Source: a plasmid
DNA length: 64,000 bases
Sequence record: NZ_AP019754.1
Strand: one strand, 5' to 3'
The notes under the pieces were generated by a model. That model was not told the origin of the DNA and did no database searches. It was given only the letters and a program-made list of their open reading frames with translations. Shown piece after piece: positions 21,601 through 31,335 of this stretch (the first letter of the stretch is position 1; every line of letters starts with the position of its first letter). A program made the translations under genes and the position numbers.

Positions 21601-24600
21601 CTGCTACTGGCGCCACAATGGCTGACCCTGGCCCTGATCATCAGCCTGTCATGGTGCCTGGCACCGCTATTATTGAGTGGACTGAGCCGCCCGCCAGCGC
21701 GTAAGGCGTTTCTGCCTGACCCGCAACAGAAACGACTTCTGCGTCAGACCAGCAGAGAAATCTGGGCGTTTTTCGAGACCTTCGCGACGGCGCAGGAAAA
21801 CTGGCTTCCCCCGGACAATTATCAGGAAATCCCTGAGCCAAAAATCGCGCATCGCACGTCACCCACCAATATCGGACTGTCCTTGCTGGCGAACCTTACG
21901 GCCTGGGATTTCGGTTATCTCTCTGGCGCGGATGTTCTGCAGCGCATCACGCAGACGCTAGACACGCTGGATAAGATGGAGCATTACCGGGGACATTTGT
22001 ATAACTGGTATGACACCCGCACGCTTGCGCCACTCAGCCCGCGTTATGTTTCCAGCGTTGACAGCGGCAATATGGCCGGCCACTTACTGACACTGCGCGA
22101 AGGGCTGTCAGCCATGCGTCATCAGCCCGTTTTCAACGACGTACGCCTACTGGAGGGGCTGAATGATACTCTGCATGTGCTGGAAAAATACTGGGGCCAT
22201 AACGCGCCAGCCAGCCTGGGCGTGCTGCGCACGCAGTGCCTTAATGCTGCATCGTTACCTTCAGGGCAGTTGTTAAGCGAACTCAAAAAAATGCAGGTGC
22301 ACGGCAACGAACTGGCCCGGCTGTCTCAGGAGGAAAGCCGCGTGGTGGTGCGCTGGACGGCGCATCTGGTCAGTCAACTGCAGCAGCTCTGTGATGAATG
22401 GACGACGCTGCTTGGCTGGCTACCGGTGACATATCATGCACAGGCCCTGCCTACGCTGAGTGAGCTGGCTGGCGGAATCACCCTTGAAGCGGTTATCGCG
22501 CCGACAGCCGTTATGACCCAGGCCCGGCGGCGACTGGCGATTATCAGCGAACTTGAACAACGTCTCGCTGACCATGCGCGAATGGATTTTACGTTTCTGT
22601 ATAACACGGCTACCAGCATGCTAAGTGTCGGCTACAACTGCGATACCAACACGCTGGATAAAAGCCACTACGATCTTTTGCCTTCAGAAATCCGCCTGAC
22701 CAGTTTTGTCGCTATTGCGACGAATCAGCTGCCGCTTAAAAGCTGGTATGCACTTGGCCGACTGTTTACCACCATCGATCGTGAAACTGCCCTGATGTCC
22801 TGGAGCGGTTCAATGTTTGAATATCTGATGCCGAATCTGGTGATGCCAACCTGGCACGGCAGTCTGCTGGATGAGATGAGTAAATCTGCGGTAATCAGGC
22901 AGATAAACTGGGGCAAAGAGCGTGGCGTGCCGTGGGGCGTCTCTGAGTCTGGCTACCATGCGTTTGATGTTCAACATAATTATCAGTATCAGGCATTTGG
23001 AGTACCCGGCCTTGGTCTCCGGCGCGGACTCGCCGACGATATGGTGGTAGCCCCTTATGCCACGCTGCTGGCGCTGTTGGTTTCACCGCAAAAGGCCTGC
23101 GACAATCTGCTCAGGCTGCAGGAAAACGGCGCGCGCGGCGAATATGGTTTTTATGAAGCGTTGGATTATACGCCATCGCGACTGGCAACCGGGCAGCTTT
23201 TCTTGGTTGTTCAATCCTGGATGGCGCACCATCAGGGCATGGCTTTCCAGGCGCTGGGGCATCTGCTGTTTGATGCCCCTATGGCCGGGCGATTCATGTC
23301 GAGTCCGGCGTTCAGATCGGCCAGCCTGCTGTTACAGGAGCGCGTACCCGATGAGGTTGAACTCTACAGCCCGCGTCGTCATTTTGAGTCCCATGAGGGA
23401 AGAATTAAGCCTGTGCGCTATGAACCGCGAATCTTCACGCATGCGGATACGCCGACCCCCGAGATACAATTATTGTCCAACGGGCATTACCATCTAATGA
23501 TAACGCCAGGCGGTGGGGGATACAGTCGCTGGAACAACATCGCATTGACACGCTGGCGCAGCGACAGCACCCGTGATAACTGGGGAACGTTCTGCTATAT
23601 CCGGGATCCGCTCACTGACGAGGTGTGGAGCAATACCTGTCACCCTCTGGGGGCCAGTGCGGACATCAGCGATGAAATCATCTTTACCGATGCGGGGGCC
23701 GAGTTCAGGCGCGTGCTCGGCTCGCTCAGCGTGAAAACCCGGGTTGTGGTCTCACCGGAAGATGACATCGAACTGCGTCGTGTCACCCTGATGCATCGAG
23801 GCCGAAGCCCACGAACACTCGAGCTGACGACCTATGCTGAAGTGGTGCTTGCCTCGGACATCAGCGATCAGGCGCACCCGGCGTTCAGCAACCTGTTTAT
23901 TCAGACGGAAGCCGATCCCAGGCATGATGCCATTTTGTGCCACCGGCGTGCACGCTCGCCGGATGAACAGAGCCCGTATCTGTTTCATATGATGGTGGTG
24001 CATGGCGATTGTTCAGAGAACGTTTCATTCGACACCGACAGAGCGGGATTCATCGGCAGGGGTAAAAGCCCGGCTGATGCCCAGGCGGTCAGCATGAACG
24101 GGCCGCTCAGTAACACGTCCGGCGCCGTGCTGGATCCGATACTGTCGATACGCCACGCGATTACACTCCAGCCCGGACAGCCGGTGACCATTGATATCGT
24201 TTTTGGCGTCAGCGAAAACCGTCAGCAAAGCCTCGCGCTGATGGAAAAATACCGCGATCATCCTATTGCCGATCGCGTGTTTGAACTGGCCTGGTCCCAC
24301 AGTCTGGTTGTGTTACGGCAGATGAATGCCAGCGAAGATGACGCAACTTTGTTCAACCGCCTCGCCAGCGCGGTACTTTATCCCTGTCAGGAACTGCGCG
24401 GTGACGAACAGGCCATTAGCCGAAACCGACGTGATCAGTCGGGCCTGTGGGGTTGGGGGATCTCAGGTGATTTGCCGATTGTGCTGATCAGCCTGACCAG
24501 CGAGGAAAAAATTGCTTCTGTCACCACGCTGATTCAGGCACATCGCTACTGGCGACTGAAAGGGCTGGAGGTGGATCTGGTGATTCTTAATAACAGCCCT

Positions 24601-27291
24601 GGAGGCTACCAGCAGGCGCTGCAGACGCAGATTATGGATTTAATCTATGCCGGTTCTGAAGCCAGCCTGTTAGATAAACCCGGGGGGATTTTTGTCCGTA
24701 ACGGTGAGCATTTGTCTGCCGAAGACAAGCAGTTGCTGATGAGCGTGGCCTGTCTGAGCCTGGACGATCGCGCTGACGGCATCAATGAACAACTTAACCA
24801 GCGTATTCATGCGACAAAAAAACGCGTCAGGCCTTTTGTGCCCTCGGTGACGTCAGAGAGCAATCATCACGCCGACTGGATACCGGAAACTCACCTGTTG
24901 CGCCATTTCAACGGATACGGTGGCTTTTCTCAGGACGGTCGCGAGTATCAGATCCTGCTGAGAGAAGACCAACCGACGCCAGCGCCCTGGTCAAACGTGC
25001 TGGCAAACGAGAACTTTGGCAGCGTGATTTCTGAAGCAGGCCAGGCCTACAGCTGGTTCGAAAATGCGCACGAATATCGCTTAACGCCGTGGGAAAACGA
25101 TCCGGTAAGCGATCGTAGCGGGGAGGCATTCTATCTGCGTGATGAAGAAAGCGGCGCATGCTGGTCACCCATGACCCTGCCCGTGCGCGGTCAGGGCGAT
25201 TATCTTACCCGCCACGGTTTTGGTTACAGCGTGTTTGCCCACCGTGAAAATGGACTGGACAGCGAACTGACAGTCCTGGTGGACGAGCAGGCGCCGGTTA
25301 AGCTTGCAATACTGAAGCTCAGCAACCATTCGGGCCGTACACGCAAATTGTCTGTCACCGGCTACGTGGAATGGACACTTGGGGCAACGCGCAACCACTC
25401 TGCTGCACATATCATCACGCATTCGCCCGGCCTCGCGGGGGGAAGTGCGGTCATGGCCAATAACTTCTACGGTGCTAATGGCGGGGAACGCACCGCCTTT
25501 TTCGCCGTTAACGATCCTCAGAGTACGGTAACGGGCGACCGCCGCGAGTTTATCGGGCGTAATGGTTCACTGCGCGCCCCGGCCGCCATGACGCTTCGCA
25601 GACTCTCGGGTAAAACGGGAGCCGGGCTTGATCCCTGTGCCGCGTTACAGTCGACAACCTCCCTTATTGACGGTGACCAGAAAACCTATGTTTTTGTCCT
25701 CGGCGTGGCCGATAACCCGGCACAGGCACAGGAAACGCTTGCCCGTTTTCTGCATGAGGATAATGCGCGTCAGGCGCTGAATCAGGTTCACCATTTCTGG
25801 CACAACGTGCTTGATAAGGTCGTTGTGCAGACGCCCGACAGCAGCGTTGATTTGCTGGTAAACGGCTGGCTGCTGTATCAGACATTAGCCTGCCGCATCA
25901 TGGCGCGCAGCGGCTACTATCAGTCCGGTGGGGCATTTGGTTTCCGCGATCAGTTGCAGGATACGCTGGCGCTGAGCCACGTTGCACCGGAGCGACTGCG
26001 CAGCCAGATCCTGCTGTGTGCCTCACGGCAGTTTATTGAGGGGGATGTGCAACACTGGTGGCATCCTCCGCAGGGTAATGGCGTGCGAACCCGCTGTTCG
26101 GATGACTACCTGTGGCTTCCGCTTGCGGTTTGTCACTATGTGGATACAACGGGAGATACTGGCGTGCTGGCGCAGCAGATTCCCTATCTTGAAGGGCGTC
26201 CGCTCAAGCCCGGCGAAGAATCTGTTTATGATACGCCCGTTATCAGCCACCTCGAAGAGACGTTGTGGCAGCACTGCGTAAAAGCGATTGAGCGGGGGCT
26301 AAACTTCGGCCAGCACGGCCTGCCGCTAATGGGGGCAGGTGACTGGAATGACGGGATGAATCTGGTCGGTATTGAAGGCAAAGGTGAAAGCGTCTGGCTC
26401 GGCTTTTTCCTCTACGATATTTTGCAACGCTTTGCGGCGCTGGCTGAACAGCGCCAGGATGAACGCGTGGCAGCATTGTGCTATTCAGAAGCGTTGAGCC
26501 TGCAAAAAAATCTCGAATCTTACGCCTGGGATGGTGCATGGTATCTCCGCGGCTACTTTGACGATGGTACGCCGCTGGGGACAAGAGAATCGCAGGCGTG
26601 CTGGATCGATGCGATTGCACAAAGCTGGTCCGTTTTGTCCGGCGCAGCTGATCCAGTGCGCAGTGCGCAGGCTATGCAGTCACTCGACAGCTATCTGGTG
26701 GATAACGATGCAGGATTGATCAAGTTGCTAACGCCACCGTTTGATGGTCATGGTCCTAATCCCGGTTACATACAGGGTTATCTTCCGGGTGTGAGGGAAA
26801 ACGGCGGGCAATACACGCATGGCGCCATCTGGGCGGTCATGGCGTTTGCCCGGATGGGACAAAAAGCGCGAGCGTGGCAACTATGGTCAATGATCAATCC
26901 GGTAAACCACACGCTGCAGACTGAAGGCGTTAACATCTACAAGGCGGAGCCCTATGTGATGAGTGCAGATGTGTACAGCGTTGCACCTCATACCGGCCGT
27001 GCCGGATGGAGCTGGTACACCGGTTCCGCAGGCTGGGCCTACCGTCTGGTGACTGAAGAGTTACTCGGAATAAAACGGCACGGAGAGACGCTGGTTATTC
27101 GCACTCACTTACCTGATGACTGGCCTTCGATCAGCCTGACCTATCAACACGGGAGCAGTCAGTATTTCATTAGGATTTCTCGTCACGACGGTGAACCTCG
27201 AGTGACTATGGATGGCACGCTCCTGCCGGATGACAGCATTCCTTTGCGGGATGATGGACAAAATCACAATGTCGATATTATTCAGCGCTGA
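18688..27291 (+). CDS. ndvB: cyclic beta-1,2-glucan synthase (NdvB/ChvB/Cgs family; GT84 glycosyltransferase + GH94 phosphorylase-like domains)
   Basis: 2867-aa single ORF. The N-terminus (ELFSTPQLERYGQKL...PAGEWLLDNYYLIEEQIRNV) and overall size and architecture match rhizobial/Brucella cyclic glucan synthases. It has a multi-TM region, a central GT domain and large C-terminal GH94-like domains. Confidence 0.85.
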   Translation: MSHESKTMKINPGAWFRRARIMTKAPGRASFSSNDPMGENTPRPELFSTPQLERYGQKLAHTHKLSPDKMPYYLLKRLSDNEAVITQNCYTLNAGKKTSIMPAGEWLLDNYYLIEEQIRNVRQHLPTSFGKGLPSLASPHPCPRIYDIATEAVAHGDGRWDTASLTSYIGAYQQVTPLTLGEVWALPGMLRLALIENLRRVSIEVVQAQQERSLADSWITRMTDCAEHAPADLILVIADMARSRPPLSSAFVAEMVRRLHGQGNALALPLGWVEQRLAEQGLTTELLIHRFNQQLAASQLSVSNSIAGLRLLNETNWADFAENISVVEQTLRRDPAGIYSCMHFDTRDHYRHVIEILARESQLSEPDVASRILALSATTQPGMPSHHIGYYLMGEGRRQLDHHLSVASSGLKRLRHSLNRYPLLSWLGSMSLLTTAATAAILYDTASLGMAWWLLLLALPLIVALSQLVSDILSEATTRFRTPRPLPRMDFSDGIPVTSSTLVAIPCMLTSHAGFSTLLTSLEVCWLGNQDDNLCFALLTDFADAATESTDEQRALFSQAMSEMHRLNLRYPCRHQRFYLLHRSPEWNASQGIWMGYERKRGKLALLNSWLRHPDTQFSSVAGMPANRLPGQIKYVITLDSDTLLPRDTAHKLVATMAHPLNKPEYDPRCQRVVKGYGILQPGLAEEMPRNGQGRYAAMRSSVPGNNPYSMMSSDIYQDLFEEGSFVGKGIYDVDIFVQATANTCPENLVLSHDLLEGCYARAGLLSEVLLYEQYPNNYLSDVARRTRWIRGDWQLLNWLKLRVRKADGTRDKNPLSALSRWKLFDNLRRSLVAPALLVLQFSALLWVPNPGYWLGVLALVWLLPAALCILIDLANKPHRRPLRQHLVLVTAGALKRLSRIGLNFILLPHEAGYSLYAIAVTLWRLGISQRNLTQWSSHSPDSLQSQLSAFRFYRVMWLNVACGAALTLLTLLLAPQWLTLALIISLSWCLAPLLLSGLSRPPARKAFLPDPQQKRLLRQTSREIWAFFETFATAQENWLPPDNYQEIPEPKIAHRTSPTNIGLSLLANLTAWDFGYLSGADVLQRITQTLDTLDKMEHYRGHLYNWYDTRTLAPLSPRYVSSVDSGNMAGHLLTLREGLSAMRHQPVFNDVRLLEGLNDTLHVLEKYWGHNAPASLGVLRTQCLNAASLPSGQLLSELKKMQVHGNELARLSQEESRVVVRWTAHLVSQLQQLCDEWTTLLGWLPVTYHAQALPTLSELAGGITLEAVIAPTAVMTQARRRLAIISELEQRLADHARMDFTFLYNTATSMLSVGYNCDTNTLDKSHYDLLPSEIRLTSFVAIATNQLPLKSWYALGRLFTTIDRETALMSWSGSMFEYLMPNLVMPTWHGSLLDEMSKSAVIRQINWGKERGVPWGVSESGYHAFDVQHNYQYQAFGVPGLGLRRGLADDMVVAPYATLLALLVSPQKACDNLLRLQENGARGEYGFYEALDYTPSRLATGQLFLVVQSWMAHHQGMAFQALGHLLFDAPMAGRFMSSPAFRSASLLLQERVPDEVELYSPRRHFESHEGRIKPVRYEPRIFTHADTPTPEIQLLSNGHYHLMITPGGGGYSRWNNIALTRWRSDSTRDNWGTFCYIRDPLTDEVWSNTCHPLGASADISDEIIFTDAGAEFRRVLGSLSVKTRVVVSPEDDIELRRVTLMHRGRSPRTLELTTYAEVVLASDISDQAHPAFSNLFIQTEADPRHDAILCHRRARSPDEQSPYLFHMMVVHGDCSENVSFDTDRAGFIGRGKSPADAQAVSMNGPLSNTSGAVLDPILSIRHAITLQPGQPVTIDIVFGVSENRQQSLALMEKYRDHPIADRVFELAWSHSLVVLRQMNASEDDATLFNRLASAVLYPCQELRGDEQAISRNRRDQSGLWGWGISGDLPIVLISLTSEEKIASVTTLIQAHRYWRLKGLEVDLVILNNSPGGYQQALQTQIMDLIYAGSEASLLDKPGGIFVRNGEHLSAEDKQLLMSVACLSLDDRADGINEQLNQRIHATKKRVRPFVPSVTSESNHHADWIPETHLLRHFNGYGGFSQDGREYQILLREDQPTPAPWSNVLANENFGSVISEAGQAYSWFENAHEYRLTPWENDPVSDRSGEAFYLRDEESGACWSPMTLPVRGQGDYLTRHGFGYSVFAHRENGLDSELTVLVDEQAPVKLAILKLSNHSGRTRKLSVTGYVEWTLGATRNHSAAHIITHSPGLAGGSAVMANNFYGANGGERTAFFAVNDPQSTVTGDRREFIGRNGSLRAPAAMTLRRLSGKTGAGLDPCAALQSTTSLIDGDQKTYVFVLGVADNPAQAQETLARFLHEDNARQALNQVHHFWHNVLDKVVVQTPDSSVDLLVNGWLLYQTLACRIMARSGYYQSGGAFGFRDQLQDTLALSHVAPERLRSQILLCASRQFIEGDVQHWWHPPQGNGVRTRCSDDYLWLPLAVCHYVDTTGDTGVLAQQIPYLEGRPLKPGEESVYDTPVISHLEETLWQHCVKAIERGLNFGQHGLPLMGAGDWNDGMNLVGIEGKGESVWLGFFLYDILQRFAALAEQRQDERVAALCYSEALSLQKNLESYAWDGAWYLRGYFDDGTPLGTRESQACWIDAIAQSWSVLSGAADPVRSAQAMQSLDSYLVDNDAGLIKLLTPPFDGHGPNPGYIQGYLPGVRENGGQYTHGAIWAVMAFARMGQKARAWQLWSMINPVNHTLQTEGVNIYKAEPYVMSADVYSVAPHTGRAGWSWYTGSAGWAYRLVTEELLGIKRHGETLVIRTHLPDDWPSISLTYQHGSSQYFIRISRHDGEPRVTMDGTLLPDDSIPLRDDGQNHNVDIIQR

Positions 27292-27293
27292 CC

Positions 27294-27317
27294 GTCCGCT
27301 CTGTGCCAGGAGCGGAC
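27294..27317. repeat. stem-loop GTCCGCT-CTGTGCCAG-GAGCGGAC, 3 nt after the ndvB stop; member of a small repeat family
   Basis: It shares 16+7 identical nucleotides with the element at 34721-34744 and 12-13 nt with 31305-31335. Perfect 7-8 bp stem. Confidence 0.6.
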
Positions 27318-27429
27318 ATGGATTAAATCGGAATGACCTTAGCGGCAGACAGGATACAGGCCATCACGTGCGGTAATAAACTCGCATGAGTTCGGTAAAG
27401 TCATAGGTGTGTTTTGACAGATTTGAATA

Positions 27430-27702
27430 TTATAAGCTGCTGTCAGTTTTACCCTCGTTCAGGCTATTGATGATGTGAAGGTATGGCACAGACTGCCTCT
27501 CAAATCCTGTGCTGGTAAGCTTTTTCAACCACGATATGGCCTCAAAAATTTTACACAGGCGGTTGTCGCTACAGCTGCCTGTCGCCATACTTTTCAGCTG
27601 TTCCATAAGGGAATTGATGTCAATTTCCTTATCAGTCAGCGCAAGATACAGGGCGGCTTCGCCAATTATGATGAGTCCTCTTTCTTCGTCTCGAAGTGAC
27701 AT
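27430..27702 (-). CDS. small helical protein, tentatively YmgB/AriR-family (biofilm/acid-resistance connector-like)
   Basis: 90 aa. The pattern GEAALYLALTDKEIDINSLMEQL resembles the AriR core ([23 protein letters not shown]). The call is weak. Confidence 0.35.
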   Translation of the reverse strand: MSLRDEERGLIIIGEAALYLALTDKEIDINSLMEQLKSMATGSCSDNRLCKIFEAISWLKKLTSTGFERQSVPYLHIINSLNEGKTDSSL

Positions 27703-28938
27703 ATCTCCCTCCGTAAGTTGATTTAGGCACTGGCATAACTGACTGTCCTGTCTCAGAAGATTTCTTCATTCCTGAATAACTCAGCCGTTTATTCCTGTGA
27801 AATATAACCCGCTAAATACCTGTATACTGTTCACTGTTTTCCTGTCGCTTTAGACAGTTAGTGCAGTTATCGGAACGTGAAATTCAACGTAACAATCAAT
27901 TGTGTGTATAAAATAAGCGAGCACTTCCCTTATCAACACTTTATCCGGACTTTCTTTTGGTTATCAGGTTTTCCGGTGGTTGTGCTTCTTTACCAGACTA
28001 TCGTCACAGTCATCTCTTTTCTTTAGCGTCAAATCAATGCTTTTAACTATCACTGCGACAGGCATGCTTCCTTATTCAAGGAAATCCATCCGCGAATGCA
28101 GCAGATGAATGCATCTTTACGGGTGCGGCAGGGGTAAACAGAAATGAATTAAGAAGATGTTAGCGTTCAGTTCGGGCTAAAACGCCGCGCAAGAGCGTTT
28201 TTAAATTTGTTATAATGCTAAAGCGCCCTGGCGAAAAGAAGCTCCCTCAGGTACGGGAGCAAATGTTTCACATTTCATTTTAAAAGGCCCGGGGAGTGCA
28301 CGTAATTATTAACGCCCCGTCGCTGAAAAACTTTAGTTTCAGAGGCACTTTATCAGTAAAGTTCTGGTTACAGAGCGGATTCTGCAGTGCATCCCTGTTT
28401 ATACTGAACAGTACCGTTCGCGGTCTGAGGTAAAAGTGTCTGGTTTCGCTGTTTCCTATATGCACTTTAGCATACAAAAAAAAACCTACTCAAGAGGTGA
28501 GGCGAACCAGTTGTGTGACTCCGGGCTTCTTTAACGGCGGGCTCAGCAGACACCTGCACGTTTAAATTATGCTTAAAATCAATATGCGAGTAAGCGAGGC
28601 GGTAAATAAGAGGCTTAATCTGGCTGACCTGTCTTTAATTTACCCCAAAATCTTCAGAAAATGCATTGCATTCCGGCACGGTAATGCGGAATTACTTTTT
28701 TATTTTGTGAATCCCGCGCTTTACTGATTATACGCTTTAAGTTGATGTGTTCAGTTTCGTTTGGCTTATGGTGTAAATATTATTTAATTTTATTTATCTG
28801 ACCCCGACTCGTTAAGAATAAAAGTTAGATCCCAAACAATAACCTGAAAGACAATTAATCCCCCTTGTCAGTAAAGGGGGGATTAAGTGATTCTGATCAA
28901 TGAAAACGATTATTTTATAAAGTCACGGAAAACAGGTG

Positions 28939-28965
28939 TAAATAATGCACCTTTCTAGCCGATAC
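28939..28965 (+). promoter_or_regulatory. sigma-28 (FliA) promoter for the second chemoreceptor gene
   Basis: TAAATAAT-N11-GCCGATAC versus consensus TAAAGTTT-N11-GCCGATAA. It lies about 60 nt upstream of the ATG at 29026. Confidence 0.55.
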
Positions 28966-29025
28966 CGGATTGAACCCTGAGAGGATATAAATCTCCGGGT
29001 ACTATTCAACTCCGGGGTAATTTAA

Positions 29026-30942
29026 ATGAATATTATAAGAAAAGTTACAGATTTAAAGATAGGCGCCAAACTGGGACTGGGATTCACGCTGGTCATACTG
29101 GCCTCCGTCATCATATCGGCGCTGGCGTTTCGCTGTTTTTTAAGCATTCAGGAAAATTCGGCCAAGCGCGATGTCACCGTTCAGATGCTCGACACGCTGG
29201 CGAAAGCCAGACTTAACCGCACGCTTTTTCAGTACACCCGCGACAAAAAGTTTATTGAGATTAACGGCGAGGCGATGAATCAGCTTTTTGTCTTACGAAC
29301 CAGTCTTAATAAATACTCCTGGTCGGCGGAAGGAGGGGAAAGGCTTTCTGTTCTGAGCGGTATCCTGACGCAGTATCAGGAAAAGCGTCAGGCTTTTCTC
29401 GAGAGCAGTGACAGTGCCGCGCGCGCGCTGAGCGAAATACACACGCTGGGCCTGGCATCACTGGGAGAAAAACTGGCCACCGGCCAGGCTTCGGCTCCTG
29501 CCGACGTTGTTGCGCCCCTACTTTCCCTCAGCTTCAGGACAGAGCAGGCGGCATTTTTTGTCCAGGAGTTCATCAGAAAGCCGGACGCTTCCACGCTGGA
29601 TAAATTCAGTGAAGTCAGGGACGCCATTGCTCCGCAGGTAAACCAGCTCAGAGGCGTTTCCGGCAGCGCACTCGCCGCAGTAGTGGCGGACGTGGAGCAA
29701 AAAATGGCATCGGGCTCCGCACTGCTGAATAATTATCTCCTTTCTGTGCGGACTGAAAAGCAGGCCTCAGATGAAATGACCGCAGCGGCAGGTAAGCTGA
29801 ACCAGTCCATCACGGACCTCGCGTTCTTTCAGTCAGAGATGGCTGAGAAGTATATCCAGACCGCGCTCTGGCAGATCGGTTTTGCAACACTCGCCTGTAT
29901 TGTTCTCAGCCTCCTGATTGCCTGGCGAATGACGCGAAGTATCACCGTTCCGCTGAGAGAGACGCTGTTGTCTGCACAGCGCATTGCTGAAGGTGATCTG
30001 ACCTCAGACATCACTACCTCTCGCACCGATGAGCTTGGCGAGCTGATGACCGCCGTGGGCGCGATGAACCAGAGCCTGCGTGACATTATCTCCCGTGTCA
30101 GGGACGGAGTGAATAACGTCGCCCGCGCCTCCTCCGAGATTGCAGCGGGTAACACCGACCTGTCTTCACGCACGGAACAGCAGTCGGCAGCGGTGGTTGA
30201 AACTGCTGCCAGCATGGAGGAGCTGACCTCCACCGTTAAGCAGAATGCGGAGAATGCCCATCACGCCAGCCAGCTGGCCACCGAGGCGTCACACAATGCC
30301 AGCCGCGGCGGGGAAATCATCAGTGACGTGATCAACACGATGGGAGGGATCAGCCAGAGCTCAGGTAAAATCGGCGAAATCATCTCCGTCATTAACGGTA
30401 TCGCTTTCCAGACGAATATCCTGGCGCTCAACGCCGCCGTCGAGGCTGCAAGAGCGGGAGAACAGGGAAGGGGATTCGCAGTAGTTGCCGGTGAAGTCCG
30501 AAATCTGGCACAGCGTAGTTCACTTGCGGCAAAAGAAATCGAGGCGCTGATAAGTGAGTCACTGAGCCGGGTGAGTAACGGTACCGAACTGGTTAACCGT
30601 GCCGGTGTCACGATGGAGGATATCGTCAAGTCTGTGACCCAGGTCAGGGACATCATGGGCGAAATTGCCGCTGCGTCGGACGAACAGAACCGCGGAATAA
30701 CCCAGATTGCGCAGGCCATGACAGAGATGGACACCACAACTCAGCAGAATGCCGCGCTGGTTGAAGAGTCATCCGCAGCAGCCAGCAGCCTCGAGGATCA
30801 GGCTCATGAGCTTGAAAAAACCGTAGCCGTGTTCCGTGTTCCTGCTTCCGGCCTGTTGATGCCGGAGGTTAAGGTGCCCACGCCGGCGTTAAAACACCCG
30901 TCATCCCTCAGGGCGTCGGAAGCAAACTGGGAAACATTCTGA
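29026..30942 (+). CDS. methyl-accepting chemotaxis protein, paralog of the 14362-16290 gene (helical periplasmic sensor, HAMP, NWETF tail)
   Basis: 638 aa with the same architecture. The signalling domain is about 90 percent identical at protein level to the first MCP, and it ends in ...EANWETF. Confidence 0.9.
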   Translation: MNIIRKVTDLKIGAKLGLGFTLVILASVIISALAFRCFLSIQENSAKRDVTVQMLDTLAKARLNRTLFQYTRDKKFIEINGEAMNQLFVLRTSLNKYSWSAEGGERLSVLSGILTQYQEKRQAFLESSDSAARALSEIHTLGLASLGEKLATGQASAPADVVAPLLSLSFRTEQAAFFVQEFIRKPDASTLDKFSEVRDAIAPQVNQLRGVSGSALAAVVADVEQKMASGSALLNNYLLSVRTEKQASDEMTAAAGKLNQSITDLAFFQSEMAEKYIQTALWQIGFATLACIVLSLLIAWRMTRSITVPLRETLLSAQRIAEGDLTSDITTSRTDELGELMTAVGAMNQSLRDIISRVRDGVNNVARASSEIAAGNTDLSSRTEQQSAAVVETAASMEELTSTVKQNAENAHHASQLATEASHNASRGGEIISDVINTMGGISQSSGKIGEIISVINGIAFQTNILALNAAVEAARAGEQGRGFAVVAGEVRNLAQRSSLAAKEIEALISESLSRVSNGTELVNRAGVTMEDIVKSVTQVRDIMGEIAAASDEQNRGITQIAQAMTEMDTTTQQNAALVEESSAAASSLEDQAHELEKTVAVFRVPASGLLMPEVKVPTPALKHPSSLRASEANWETF

Positions 30943-30952
30943 CAGCCATACT

Positions 30953-30986
30953 GCAGCCAGAGCCGTCTGTAACGACATCTGGCTGC
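30953..30986 (+). terminator. possible terminator hairpin after the chemoreceptor gene
   Basis: GCAGCCAGA-N16-TCTGGCTGC followed by ATCTTTCAG. The T-tract is weak. Confidence 0.35.
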
Positions 30987-31005
30987 ATCTTTCAGTCATT
31001 TATCG

Positions 31006-31194
31006 GTGAGGTGGTCAGTGTGTGATCTCAGCGTGCAGCATTGTCACATCGGTAAGGCGGTGGAAGCTCTTTTTTATGATGCGGAGTCAGTCACCCGATT
31101 AAAGGTAATAGGCAAACTGAGCATGATGCTCAGGGAAGAGTCTGATCCTGTCCGGAAAAACGAGATAGTAATCGCCATCACTCTTCTCAGTTAA
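31006..31194 (+). CDS. YmgB/AriR-like small protein, C-terminally short (62 codons, GTG start)
   Basis: HIGKAVEALFYDAESVTRLKVIGKLSMMLREESDPVRKNEIVIAITLLS aligns with AriR AITDKALASYF...[29 protein letters not shown]. Confidence 0.35.
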   Translation: MRWSVCDLSVQHCHIGKAVEALFYDAESVTRLKVIGKLSMMLREESDPVRKNEIVIAITLLS

Positions 31195-31304
31195 ATCATG
31201 AGAACCAAAATCAATCTGGAGGTTTAAAAGACAAAAATCATGCAAATTTATCTTAGATAACGTCCTCCTCGGTTAAGGATAGCGTTGCATCGACCCATTG
31301 AACT

Positions 31305-31335
31305 CACAGCCAGGAGCGGACATTGCTAACGATAG
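31305..31335. repeat. partial copy of the GCCAGGAGCGGAC / AGCGGACATTGCTAA repeat family
   Basis: CACAGCCAGGAGCGGACATTGCTAACGATAG. It shares a 13-mer with 27305-27317 and a 15-mer (AGCGGACATTGCTAA) with the minus strand at 34668-34684. Confidence 0.5.

Noticed and set aside
14362-30942. Idea that the two inverted MCP genes act as substrates for homologous inversion of the intervening 12.7-kb segment
   Set aside because: By-eye nucleotide identity in the most conserved part of the signalling domain is only about 75 percent, with many synonymous differences. That is too diverged for efficient RecA-mediated inversion, so it is kept only as an evolutionary remark.
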